A stretch of DNA of 55,852 bases from an uncultured virus (IMG/VR IMGVR_UViG_3300016371_000006) (IMGVR_UViG_3300016371_000006); one strand, 5' to 3'; positions 1-7,949 are shown, numbered from the stretch's first letter. Made by a program: numbers and translations. The notes: generated by a model not told the origin, from the sequence alone.

Positions 1-2
1 AG

Positions 3-125
3 AACGGACATGCCTTCACGCCAGAGAACACCTACGTGGAAGTCATGGCGAATGGGCGTACCCGACGCGACTGTGTCACTTGCGCGAAAGATCGAGCTAG
101 GCGATCGAGGGAGCGCGCATCATGA
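3..125 (+). CDS. 3' end of HNH-endonuclease-like gene (partial)
   Basis: Reads NGHAFTPENTYVE...RRDCVTCAKDR...stop, the same GHxFTPENT...CxxC motif as the HNH at 50186; ATGA overlap with the next gene. Confidence 0.7.
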   Translation, partial: NGHAFTPENTYVEVMANGRTRRDCVTCAKDRARRSRERAS

Positions 126-1237
126 GCTTTGCCGACGACAATGTCAAAGCATGGAGTGAGATCGTTGAGCTGCATAAATCGCGGCCCGACGAGTTCGGTA
201 ACACCGAGACTGCCAACGGTCCAGGTGCCACGCTCGCGCAGACCGAGAACCTACGGGAGATCCTGCCCGAGATTTTCAAGCGGTACGGGATCAAGACGGT
301 GCTGGACGTGGGCTGTGGCGACTGGAACTGGATGAGCAAGGTCGACCTGTCCGGGCTGGATCTCTATATGGGCTGGGATGTCGAGCCAAGCTTCATCGAG
401 GCCAATACCGACAACTACGGCAACCCCCACATCCAGTTCGCCGCAACCAGCCTGCTCACCTGCGAGGTGATGCCGCCTGTGGACTGCATCCTGGCGCGCC
501 ACGTCCTGATCCACTTCCCCAACGACGAGATCACCAAGGTGCTCGACAAGATGCGAGCCTGCGGCGCGCGCTACCTGCTGACCAGCCACTGGGAGGACGG
601 GTCCAACGAGGACTACGAGCCGGAAGGGCTAGCGTGGCGCGGCTACATGGAACGCGCCCTGGACATGGAGGCCCCGCCGTTCAACCTGCCGACCCGGATC
701 GAGGCGATCCACGAGCCGGCCGCCGACGCCGGCGTGCTGATGGCGCCGCACGAGCTGGCGCTGTTCGAGCTGATCCCGGCGCCGGCGATCGCCGATCTGG
801 ACGTGGCCGAGTGTGCCCAGTGGGGCGGCTGGAAACCGGTCGACGTGTTCAACGAGCCCGACCCGAACTGCGCGCACGCCTCCACCTATCGGGTGCACCG
901 CGCCGATGACACCGTCGCCACTGTCTGCGTTGACTGTCAGGGTGAGTTGGACGCCAAAGGTGAAGCGGGAGGGGTGTTCTCGTTTCACGACACCATCGCC
1001 CGCTGGGCCGCCGACGTGGAGAAGGGCGGCCTGGGTAAATCCGACAAGGCGGCGCGGATGCAGGGGCGCCCGATCGGCCGCAACGAGCTGCTGCGCGGCC
1101 TGCGCGACGAACACCGGGAGATCCTGGCGGCCGCCGGAATCGACAACAGCCAGGAGACGATCGGGCGGCTGCTGCGGGTGCACGGCGCCATCCTCGATGC
1201 GGTCCTGAACGAGATGCTGGGTGAGCGTGATGGCTGA
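122..1237 (+). CDS. Class I SAM-dependent methyltransferase with unknown C-terminal extension
   Basis: VLDVGCGD motif I, DCILARHVLIHF motif; extension includes CVDC. Confidence 0.8.
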   Translation: MSFADDNVKAWSEIVELHKSRPDEFGNTETANGPGATLAQTENLREILPEIFKRYGIKTVLDVGCGDWNWMSKVDLSGLDLYMGWDVEPSFIEANTDNYGNPHIQFAATSLLTCEVMPPVDCILARHVLIHFPNDEITKVLDKMRACGARYLLTSHWEDGSNEDYEPEGLAWRGYMERALDMEAPPFNLPTRIEAIHEPAADAGVLMAPHELALFELIPAPAIADLDVAECAQWGGWKPVDVFNEPDPNCAHASTYRVHRADDTVATVCVDCQGELDAKGEAGGVFSFHDTIARWAADVEKGGLGKSDKAARMQGRPIGRNELLRGLRDEHREILAAAGIDNSQETIGRLLRVHGAILDAVLNEMLGERDG

Positions 1238-1436
1238 GGACGAAAAGCTGGTGATGGTCGACAAGGAGCGGATCGCTCAGCTTCGGCGGAATCTGCGGGA
1301 GACCGGCGAGCTTGCCCGCGCATCGGAGCCGTGGGGTCCTCCGGCGAATGAACGGCCGCGAGCGATGTGGGTTCTGCTGGGGGGCGTGTTCGCGGTGCTG
1401 GACGAGCTGCTGACCGAGGTGATCGGCGATGGGTAG
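1230..1436 (+). CDS. Hypothetical protein
   Basis: Overlaps both neighbours in operon fashion; GC-rich third positions; start could be 1221. Confidence 0.6.
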   Translation: MAEDEKLVMVDKERIAQLRRNLRETGELARASEPWGPPANERPRAMWVLLGGVFAVLDELLTEVIGDG

Positions 1437-1644
1437 ACCGGAGGGGGTGCGGATCGTGCGCCCGGATGGCACCGAGGTGCCCTGCGAGCTGGAGCACAAG
1501 GGCTACAACACGGAGGAGAACATGGACGAGTGGGTGATCGCGACCGACGTGGAGTTCCGGCCCGGCCTGGATCAGCTGCGGGTGGACACGTTCCCGGCGC
1601 GCACCGCGCTGGGGTTCAAGGTCCGGCCCCGGGCGGGCCGATGA
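1429..1644 (+). CDS. Hypothetical protein
   Basis: 71-aa ORF overlapping the previous stop; typical codon bias. Confidence 0.6.
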   Translation: MGRPEGVRIVRPDGTEVPCELEHKGYNTEENMDEWVIATDVEFRPGLDQLRVDTFPARTALGFKVRPRAGR

Positions 1645-1668
1645 CTTGCCCTACTTCGTCGTGAAGCC

Positions 1669-2334
1669 GTGACCATCGCGGTCGGCGTGGTCGCGCACAC
1701 CTCGCGGGCCCCGACCGCGCGGGCACTGCGCAACGACGTCGGGGCGATCGCGATGAACGTCGACGACGGCACCCTGGGCCGCGAGGGCAACCACATCGCC
1801 GTGCTCAAGGCCCTGGCCTACCGGCACACCGACTGGTGCGTGGTGCTCGAGGACGACGCGTGGCCGGTGCGCGACTTCCGCACCCAGCTCAAACGGGCGC
1901 TGGCGCACGCGCCGGCGCCGATTGTCGGGCTCTACCTGGGCTACGGCCACCCCTCACAGGAGACCCAGCAGGCGGCCGCCGACGCGGTGCGTACCGCCGA
2001 GTCCGAGCGCAAGGCGTGGATCCTCGGGGACTGCCTGATCGGGTCGGTGGCCTACGCGATCCGCATCCGCATGGTCACCCCGATGCTCGACGACATCACC
2101 CAGCGGGGTGAGGAGCTGCCGCTGCGGATCACCCGCTGGGCGCAGAGCTGGAACGTCGGCATCTGCTACACGGTGCCCTCGCTGGTCGACCACGCCGACG
2201 GGGTGCCGATCGACGGGCCGTGGCCGATGCAGCAGCGCACCGAGCGCAAGGCGTGGAAGGTGGGCACCCGCACCAACTGGGACACCGGCAACGTGATCCT
2301 GGGCTACTGCCCAGGTTGGTCGAGAGGAGCTTAG
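1669..2334 (+). CDS. Glycosyltransferase (GT-A fold, actinophage type)
   Basis: VGVVAH...R start, VVLEDDA motif, YTVPSLVDH. Confidence 0.75.
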   Translation: MTIAVGVVAHTSRAPTARALRNDVGAIAMNVDDGTLGREGNHIAVLKALAYRHTDWCVVLEDDAWPVRDFRTQLKRALAHAPAPIVGLYLGYGHPSQETQQAAADAVRTAESERKAWILGDCLIGSVAYAIRIRMVTPMLDDITQRGEELPLRITRWAQSWNVGICYTVPSLVDHADGVPIDGPWPMQQRTERKAWKVGTRTNWDTGNVILGYCPGWSRGA

Positions 2335-2400
2335 GTGCCACCTGGCGTCTATCCGCGCCCGTCGCCTATGGAGCCACAACGATCTAGATCGGGAGATTTG

Positions 2401-2904
2401 ATGCATGAGGGCGCGTACAAGTTCATCTTCTCGATGCTGGAACGGCTGGAGCCCCGCAAGTGGGTGGTTGAGCTGGGCAGTCGCACCGTGGCCGGGGACT
2501 GGCCGTACTCGGGGCCGGTGCGCCCGCTGTTCACCGACGCCCGTCACTACGTCGGTGTCGACATCGTGCCCGGCCCCAACGTGGACCGCGTCGGCAACGC
2601 GGCGACCTGGCACGGGCCGATGGCCGACACGGTGGTCTGCTGCGAAACCCTGGAACACACCGACGAGGCCGAGGCGATCTGCCACAACGCGCACGCGATG
2701 CTGGGTCCGGGCGGAGTGTTTTTGATGACCACCGCCGGAGAAGGGCGGGCACCGCACTCCGCGGTGGACGGCGGACCGATCCGCGACGGCGAGTTCTACC
2801 GCAACGTCACCCGCGACGATCTGCGAAAGTGGCTGGAGCCGTTCCACTTCTGGTTCGCCGACGAGTCCAACGCCGGCGACATCTACGCGCTGGCCGTCAA
2901 ATGA
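2401..2904 (+). CDS. SAM-dependent methyltransferase (type 11-like)
   Basis: VVELGS, YVGVDI.PGPNVD, CCETLEH, LGPGG; GGGAG before ATG at 2401. Confidence 0.8.
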   Translation: MHEGAYKFIFSMLERLEPRKWVVELGSRTVAGDWPYSGPVRPLFTDARHYVGVDIVPGPNVDRVGNAATWHGPMADTVVCCETLEHTDEAEAICHNAHAMLGPGGVFLMTTAGEGRAPHSAVDGGPIRDGEFYRNVTRDDLRKWLEPFHFWFADESNAGDIYALAVK

Positions 2905-3107
2905 ACCACCACGCTGATGACCCCGTCCAGTGGGCCGCCGCCGACGACATCGTGGACCAATTCATCAAGGCGTTGCGCACCGCCCCGCAACCGACCTCCC
3001 AGATCATGATCTCGATGCTGGCCCTGGATCACCCGCAACGGATCATCATGCTGGCGATGATCGCCGCGACCGCGCTGCAGCGCCTCGCCAGCGGAGAGGG
3101 GCACTGA
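2901..3107 (+). CDS. Hypothetical protein
   Basis: ATG overlapping the previous stop; MNHHADDPVQW... Confidence 0.55.
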   Translation: MNHHADDPVQWAAADDIVDQFIKALRTAPQPTSQIMISMLALDHPQRIIMLAMIAATALQRLASGEGH

Positions 3108-3364
3108 TGACGCACGTCTGCACCTGCGCGCAGGACGGATCGCTCGGGCGGCTGCGCGAGATCGCACGGGAGGGCGGCTGGCCGTATGTCCAGTTCCCGT
3201 TCGCGGTCGACTTCGTCCAGGAGAACCTGCCTGCCGCGCATTCCCTGATCGTGCTGCGCGCCGACGGCCATCCCAGCGCGGTCGTCGACGGCGTGATCCA
3301 CGACATCTTCGACCCCAGCGAGGGTGGTACGGCGAAGATCGTGGGCTACTGGAGGCTCGCGTGA
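3107..3364 (+). CDS. Hypothetical protein
   Basis: TGATG coupling; MTHVCTCAQDG...GYWRLA. Confidence 0.55.
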   Translation: MTHVCTCAQDGSLGRLREIAREGGWPYVQFPFAVDFVQENLPAAHSLIVLRADGHPSAVVDGVIHDIFDPSEGGTAKIVGYWRLA

Positions 3365-4014
3365 TCCCGGTGACGGCGATCATGATCGCCCACAACAACG
3401 AGGACCGGGCCCTGGAGCGGCTGAACCGCGACCTGCTGCCCGCGCTGACGCCGCTGGACTCCGAGCTGATCGTCATCGACAACTCCGACACCACCAGCCA
3501 GCGCCTCGCCGACGCGCTCATCACCGCGGAGGCTGAGGGTATCCAGCGCACCCGATACCAATGGCAGCTGGGCAACAACCTGCTCTACGGGCCGGCGATG
3601 AACCTCGCGGTCAAGCTCGCCACCCGCCCGTACCTGCTGTACGTGTGCACCAATCACGGCTTCGCCCGCGACCCGTCCTGGGCGGTCGACCTGCTGGCGC
3701 CGATCGTCGACGACCAGACCCGCACCGTCGCGATGACCGGCTGCCTGCAGGCCGCCGGGCCGCCGCAGAGCCACGGCTTCCCGGCCGACCTGCCGCAAAT
3801 CCACGTCCAGGGCGGGGTGTTCGCCGCCCGCCGCGACGTGCTGCGCGCGTTCCCCTACCCGGACGGCGAGTTCGCGCACTGGGGCGCCGACATCCACGAG
3901 TGCTTCGCGCTGATGGCGGCCGGGTTCCGGCTGGTGGACGTGCCGGCCGTGAAGTCGGTGTGGCGCGCCGCCGCCGGCAACGGGCACTGGAAATACGTCC
4001 ACGATGAGCCCTGA
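3361..4014 (+). CDS. Glycosyltransferase family 2-like
   Basis: AIMIAHN, ELIVIDNS, NLLYGPAMN..VKLA, WGAD motifs. Confidence 0.7.
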   Translation: MIPVTAIMIAHNNEDRALERLNRDLLPALTPLDSELIVIDNSDTTSQRLADALITAEAEGIQRTRYQWQLGNNLLYGPAMNLAVKLATRPYLLYVCTNHGFARDPSWAVDLLAPIVDDQTRTVAMTGCLQAAGPPQSHGFPADLPQIHVQGGVFAARRDVLRAFPYPDGEFAHWGADIHECFALMAAGFRLVDVPAVKSVWRAAAGNGHWKYVHDEP

Positions 4015-4112
4015 CGAGGAGTTCGCGACGATGACGTGTGGCGGCTCGGGTTATGGCCCGATTAGCTTGCCGTAACACGGAATTCAAGTCCGTCTGGTAC
4101 TTGTAGATACCC

Positions 4113-4298
4113 ATGCTGTTCGCGACGTTTCTGGCCCTGGTGTGCGTGTGCGTGTTCAACATGGTGCTGATCGTGGTGATGACACGGCCCCGGCATCCCG
4201 GCGAATCAGCGGAGGACGCCGACAATGAGGAGGGTGAGCCCGAAGTGTACGGAATGCCCGCATTTGGCCAAGCAGCACAACCTCGATGGCGACGGTAA
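4113..4298 (+). CDS. Small membrane protein
   Basis: Hydrophobic N-terminal 23 aa followed by an acidic tail. Confidence 0.45.
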   Translation: MLFATFLALVCVCVFNMVLIVVMTRPRHPGESAEDADNEEGEPEVYGMPAFGQAAQPRWRR

Positions 4299-4467
4299 AT
4301 GCCGGGTCCGCATCCTGTCCGGCTGGAACTTTGAGACCGGCCAGTACACCTCGTGGCGGCCGTGCGGCTGCCCCGGCTATCACGGCGAGGATCCCGACAA
4401 CATGTGCGCCTGCGAGTACGTGTCAGCCTCCCCGAACTGCGTGCACTGCGGCAAGGTGAAGGTGTGA
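4225..4467 (+). CDS. Cys-rich putative Zn-binding protein
   Basis: CTECPH, CGC, CAC, CVHC; GTGA overlap with the next gene; start uncertain. Confidence 0.55.
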   Translation: MRRVSPKCTECPHLAKQHNLDGDGKCRVRILSGWNFETGQYTSWRPCGCPGYHGEDPDNMCACEYVSASPNCVHCGKVKV

Positions 4468-5240
4468 GCCGCCGTAGGGCGCCGGCCACGGTGTGCATCC
4501 CGTGGCGGCCCAGCCCCTCGCGGATGGCCGCCTACAACCGGGTGCTCGAGCTCTGGTGGAAAACCGGCTGGCCGGTGATCACCGCCGACTCCGACGGCGA
4601 TATCTTCAGCTTGAGCCAGGCCCGCAACAACGCGGTGGCCCAGGCGAAGACCGACGTGGTGGTGATCTGCGACGCCGACACCGTGCCCGACATCGCCAAC
4701 GTCAAGGCCGCCGTCGCCGACCCGGTCGGGGTGTGCTGGCCGTTCACCCGCTACCGCATCCTGGCGCCCGAGTACGTCGAGGTCCCGTTCCGCAGGCTCG
4801 CCGAGCTGCCCACGCTGTATGAGTGGGGCGGCGACGGCGCGGCCGGGGTGGGCGGCTGCCTGGTCACCACCACCGCCGAATACTGGCGCCTGGGCGGGCA
4901 GGACCCCGCGTTCATCGGCTGGGGGCACGAGGACACCGCGTTCACCTTCGTGGTGGAAACCCTGTCCACGCTGCGCCGAACGCCGGGCAACATCTACGCC
5001 TTCGAGCACAACAGCGCCGCGGCCGGCGGGTACACCGGCGCCAAGGCCGACAGCCCGGGCTGGGACCGCGACTACGGCCGCAACGAAGCGCTGATGTCGC
5101 GCTACCGGGTCGCCCGCGGCCGGGCCTGGCTGATGCGGGAGATCATCAAGGAGCGGGTCGGCACCGACCCGCTGGGCGACACGCCCAACCTCGGCGATCC
5201 CGACCTGAACCACGCTCTGGCGGGAAGATACAAACCATGA
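4464..5240 (+). CDS. Glycosyltransferase (GT2/GT7 galactosyltransferase-like)
   Basis: SQARNNAV, VVICDAD (DxD), GGQDPAFIGWGHED motif. Confidence 0.85.
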   Translation: MSRRRAPATVCIPWRPSPSRMAAYNRVLELWWKTGWPVITADSDGDIFSLSQARNNAVAQAKTDVVVICDADTVPDIANVKAAVADPVGVCWPFTRYRILAPEYVEVPFRRLAELPTLYEWGGDGAAGVGGCLVTTTAEYWRLGGQDPAFIGWGHEDTAFTFVVETLSTLRRTPGNIYAFEHNSAAAGGYTGAKADSPGWDRDYGRNEALMSRYRVARGRAWLMREIIKERVGTDPLGDTPNLGDPDLNHALAGRYKP

Positions 5241-5689
5241 CCGGTCGGGCGCTGACCCGCAAGGAACGCCAGCAGCGGGACGCGCTGATCCTGGACCTGT
5301 TCGTGGCCGGGCACAGCCAGAAGACGATCGGTGCCAACGCGCAGGTCAATCTGACTGACGCCCGGGTCAACCAGATCATCAAGGCCGAGCTGGAGCGCTG
5401 CGCCGCCGACCACATCCTGCGCAACGCCAACGCCATGACGATCTATATGGCCCGGATGGAGCACCTGGTCAAGAAGGCGATGAGCCACGTCGACAACAAC
5501 GACCTCAAGGCGATCGAGGTGGCGCGGCGGCTGATGGCCGACCAGGCCAAGATTTACGACATGGTCGACGAGCGGATCAGCGCCGGCCCGACCCCGCCGA
5601 TGAGCGACGCCGAGCTCGACGACGGCGACGTGCTGGACGAGCTGTCGGCCTACCGCGCGCAGCGCAAACAGGTGAACGGAGAGACGTGA
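5237..5689 (+). CDS. HTH protein, possible terminase small subunit
   Basis: ILDLFVAGHSQKTIG...LTDARVNQII HTH-like segment, helical body, DELSAYRAQR-type C-terminus. Confidence 0.5.
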   Translation: MTGRALTRKERQQRDALILDLFVAGHSQKTIGANAQVNLTDARVNQIIKAELERCAADHILRNANAMTIYMARMEHLVKKAMSHVDNNDLKAIEVARRLMADQAKIYDMVDERISAGPTPPMSDAELDDGDVLDELSAYRAQRKQVNGET

Positions 5690-5769
5690 ACACACTGGTC
5701 GGGGTGATCGGCGGCTTGATCCTGCTGTACTTCCTGGTGGCGGCCCTGCAGAAAAGCGGGCGCCTGTGA
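5686..5769 (+). CDS. 27-aa single-TM peptide
   Basis: GTGA-coupled; MNTLVGVIGGLILLYFLVAALQKSGRL. Confidence 0.45.
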   Translation: MNTLVGVIGGLILLYFLVAALQKSGRL

Positions 5770-5918
5770 ACGGGCTGGTGACGATGGGCATGATGCCCGA
5801 CGTCAGCGTGATCTACGACAGCGAGGGCATCGAGATCGGCACCGCCGCTGAGTTGACCGAGGATGACGACATGTACTACTTGTGCAGGTGCATCAACATC
5901 CCCAGGCTGGCGTGCTGA
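5766..5918 (+). CDS. Small acidic hypothetical protein
   Basis: GTGA-coupled 50-aa ORF. Confidence 0.4.
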   Translation: MNGLVTMGMMPDVSVIYDSEGIEIGTAAELTEDDDMYYLCRCINIPRLAC

Positions 5919-5995
5919 TGTCCGAGTGGTGGGCCATGCGCTGGCGGGCCCTGCGCTGGTATCTGATGCTGACGTTTATGGAGCACCGCTGGAAA

Positions 5996-6063
5996 GCCGC
6001 ACCGACGGCAGACCGTGAGCCCTAACCAAGCGAACGGGAAGGGTTCAAATCCCTTGTGCGGCA
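5996..6063 (+). ncRNA. tRNA-like RNA without a canonical anticodon arm
   Basis: Acceptor GCCGCAC/GTGCGGC+A and T-arm AAGGG-TTCAAAT-CCCTT; central region does not form a standard anticodon stem. Confidence 0.55.
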
Positions 6064-6064
6064 C

Positions 6065-6073
6065 TGCTACACT
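6065..6073 (+). promoter_or_regulatory. Extended -10 promoter candidate for the tRNA array
   Basis: TGC-TACACT fits TGnTAnnnT. Confidence 0.4.
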
Positions 6074-6132
6074 GCTTGACGTGCGCGACCACCGATTGCT
6101 GTCATCTAGTCCCTTACGACTTAGCTAAGTCT

Positions 6133-6217
6133 GGAGGGCTTTTCCGGTTGGTCGCCGGAGCCGGGTTGCTAACCCGAGCAAGCCTCACCGCTTACGGTTC
6201 AATCCCGTAGCCCTCCT
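6133..6217 (+). tRNA. tRNA-Ser(GCT)
   Basis: GGAGGGC/GCCCTCC acceptor; loop TT-GCT-AA; long variable arm. Confidence 0.8.
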
Positions 6218-6218
6218 C

Positions 6219-6307
6219 GGAGGGTGAAGCAGCGGGATAGCCTGCGACCGGCGTCGAATACCGGGTAGCGCGTGATGGCGCTCGGGGAGCATGACCTCCG
6301 CCCTCCG
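6219..6307 (+). tRNA. tRNA-Ser(CGA), atypical T-loop
   Basis: GGAGGGT/GCCCTCC; loop GT-CGA-AT; long variable arm; T-loop lacks TTCG. Confidence 0.65.
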
Positions 6308-6336
6308 CTTTTACGAAACAAAGAAACAAGAAACCT

Positions 6337-6410
6337 GCTCCCGTCGCTCAACTGGCAGAAGCACTGGTCTCAGGAACCAGACAGTGTGCGTTCGAATCGC
6401 ACCGGGAGTA
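6337..6410 (+). tRNA. tRNA-Leu(CAG), short variable loop
   Basis: CTGGT-CTCAGGA-ACCAG; TTCGAAT T-loop. Confidence 0.85.
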
Positions 6411-6416
6411 CGGCAA

Positions 6417-6489
6417 GCACCCTTAGCCCAACGGGAGAGGCATCCGGCTCAAACCCGGTCAAGTCTGGGTTCGAATCCCAGAGGGTGTA
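6417..6489 (+). tRNA. tRNA-Leu(CAA), short variable loop
   Basis: CCGG-CTCAAAC-CCGG; GGTTCGAATCC. Confidence 0.85.
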
Positions 6490-6490
6490 C

Positions 6491-6562
6491 GCGCTTCTAG
6501 CCCAACGCAGAGGCAGCTGGCTTAAACCCGGCCCAGTCAGGGTTCGAATCCCTGGAAGCGCA
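6491..6562 (+). tRNA. tRNA-Leu(TAA), short variable loop
   Basis: GCTGG-CTTAAAC-CCGGC; GGTTCGAATCC. Confidence 0.85.
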
Positions 6563-6647
6563 CGCTATGATGATCACCATGTTCTTCGCCCCACGACCGT
6601 ATCCCTGGCGCTAGCCGCCCGGTCGTGGACACACGCCGGGACCAAAC

Positions 6648-6721
6648 CGGGGTGTAGGGCAGCCAGGCAGCCCACTTGATTTGGGATCAAGACATCGCAG
6701 GTTCGAATCCTGCCTCCCCGA
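6648..6721 (+). tRNA. tRNA-Pro(TGG)
   Basis: CTTGA-TTTGGGA-TCAAG; CGGGG start. Confidence 0.9.
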
Positions 6722-6725
6722 CGAG

Positions 6726-6796
6726 GCGCTCCTGGTGTAGTGGTAGCACAAGAGCTTCCAAACCTCTTGGTCTGGGTTCGATTCCTGGGGAGCGTG
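6726..6796 (+). tRNA. tRNA-Trp(CCA)
   Basis: Loop TT-CCA-AA by cloverleaf register; G discriminator; C:C mismatch closing the stem. Confidence 0.75.
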
Positions 6797-6797
6797 C

Positions 6798-6878
6798 GCC
6801 GGCGCATCCCATGTGGCGAGGGAAGCGGACTGTAAATCCGTGGCGTGAGCTGTGCAGGTTCGACTCCTGCTGCCGGTA
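6798..6878 (+). tRNA. tRNA-Tyr(GTA)
   Basis: GCGGA-CTGTAAA-TCCGT; variable arm. Confidence 0.9.
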
Positions 6879-6896
6879 CGGAAAATGGATGGACCT

Positions 6897-6918
6897 TGTC
6901 GGCGGCAGGGTTTACCGT
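6897..6918 (+). promoter_or_regulatory. PafBC/RecA-NDp-type DNA-damage promoter motif
   Basis: TGTCGG-cggcagggtt-TACCGT matches TGTCGG-N10-TA-N3-T exactly. Confidence 0.65.
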
Positions 6919-6925
6919 GGTACAC

Positions 6926-7023
6926 GGTGACGCTACCAACGGCCAATCCGGCTACGGTTCCGGTATGAGCTCCCCACTCGGGGAGCGTGTCGCCCCTCTC
7001 GCCGGAGGGGAGCGCCACCACCA
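6926..7023 (+). ncRNA. Unrecognised tRNA-mimic RNA, copy A
   Basis: GGTGACGCT/AGCGCCACC closing stem plus ACCA; internal hairpins shared with copy B. Confidence 0.7.
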
Positions 7024-7025
7024 AA

Positions 7026-7097
7026 GCGCCTGTGACCGAACGGATCAGGTGGCGGGCTGCAAACCCGCTTAAGCGTGTTCGACCCACGCCGGGCGCT
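7026..7097 (+). tRNA. tRNA-Cys(GCA)
   Basis: GCGGG-CTGCAAA-CCCGC; T discriminator. Confidence 0.9.
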
Positions 7098-7098
7098 C

Positions 7099-7173
7099 GG
7101 TAGTCGTAGCTCAATGGCAGAGCATCGGGATGTGGCCCCGAGGACGCCGGTTCGATTCCGGTCGGTTACCCCA
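7099..7173 (+). tRNA. tRNA-His(GTG)
   Basis: TCGGG-ATGTGGC-CCCGA; G-1:C73; encoded CCA. Confidence 0.9.
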
Positions 7174-7244
7174 GCGGGTGTGGCGTAGTGGCCGCGCAGC
7201 AGCCCTCCGAGCTGCCGACACCGGTTCGATTCCGGTCATCCGCT
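7174..7244 (+). tRNA. tRNA-Gly(TCC)
   Basis: GCAGC-CCTCCGA-GCTGC; GCGGGTG/CATCCGC. Confidence 0.85.
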
Positions 7245-7334
7245 CGCTAGCGCCCCTCGTCCACCAGCGCGAGGTCAGACCTCGGTGGGGGTAGCCGGAA
7301 CGAAAGACGCGAAGGACCGGACCCAACTTCATAC

Positions 7335-7408
7335 GGGCTTGTAGCTCCAATTGGCAGAGCAGCTCCCTTGCAAGGAGACGGATGACGGTTCGAATCCGCC
7401 CTGGTCCA
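7335..7408 (+). tRNA. tRNA-Ala(TGC)
   Basis: CTCC-CTTGCAA-GGAG; G3:U70. Confidence 0.85.
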
Positions 7409-7409
7409 C

Positions 7410-7482
7410 GCCTCGATAGCTCAGTTGGTAGCAGCGCCGGTCTGAAAAGCCGGAGGCCGTGGTTCGATTCCACGTCTTGGCA
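7410..7482 (+). tRNA. tRNA-Phe(GAA)
   Basis: CCGGT-CTGAAAA-GCCGG. Confidence 0.85.
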
Positions 7483-7483
7483 C

Positions 7484-7555
7484 GTCCTGTTAGCTCAGCG
7501 GGAGAGCGCCTGTTTCACACGCAGGAGGCCCGTGGTTCGATACCACGACGGGACA
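7484..7555 (+). tRNA. tRNA-Val(CAC)
   Basis: CCTGT-TTCACAC-GCAGG. Confidence 0.9.
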
Positions 7556-7636
7556 CTGGGTCAAGCCGTGGCGCCACGAGACTTGACCGTCCGGTGTTTC
7601 GGGCTCAGGTTCACCGTCATCAAAAGCCTGGGCCCC

Positions 7637-7708
7637 GTCCTGGTAGCTCAGCGGGAGAGCGCCACCCCGACACGGTGGAGGCCGCAGGTTCGATACCTGC
7701 TCGGGACA
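7637..7708 (+). tRNA. tRNA-Val(GAC)
   Basis: CCACC-CCGACAC-GGTGG. Confidence 0.9.
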
Positions 7709-7768
7709 CATGATGCGACGAACGCGCACACAGGGGCGGCGAAAGCCGACGACCGCCCCGGTTGATCC

Positions 7769-7841
7769 GCGCTCGTAGCTCAGTCGGTAGAGCTGTTGAC
7801 TCTTAATCTTCAGGCCGCAGGTTCGATCCCTGCCGAGCGCA
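7769..7841 (+). tRNA. tRNA-Lys(CTT)
   Basis: Loop CT-CTT-AA; weak anticodon stem. Confidence 0.85.
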
Positions 7842-7844
7842 CAG

Positions 7845-7920
7845 GCCGCAGTAGCTCATGTTGGCTGTAGCACTTGCCTTGTAAGCAAGCAGAGCGCAGG
7901 TTCGATTCCTGTCTGCGGCT
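7845..7920 (+). tRNA. tRNA-Thr(TGT)
   Basis: CTTGC-CTTGTAA-GCAAG. Confidence 0.9.
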
Positions 7921-7949
7921 CGTACAATAACTGAATCAGCGAAGCGCAA

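Noticed and set aside
6567..6614. Mini-ORF MMITMFFAPRPYPWR between tRNAs
   Set aside because: No RBS or other support for translation
6750..6768. tRNA at 6726 read as Gly(TCC)
   Set aside because: Cloverleaf register and G discriminator favour Trp(CCA); another Gly(TCC) exists at 7174
6880..7023. tmRNA or GOLLD RNA because of the CCACCA end
   Set aside because: Far too short, no tag frame and no GGGG 5' end with a canonical T-arm
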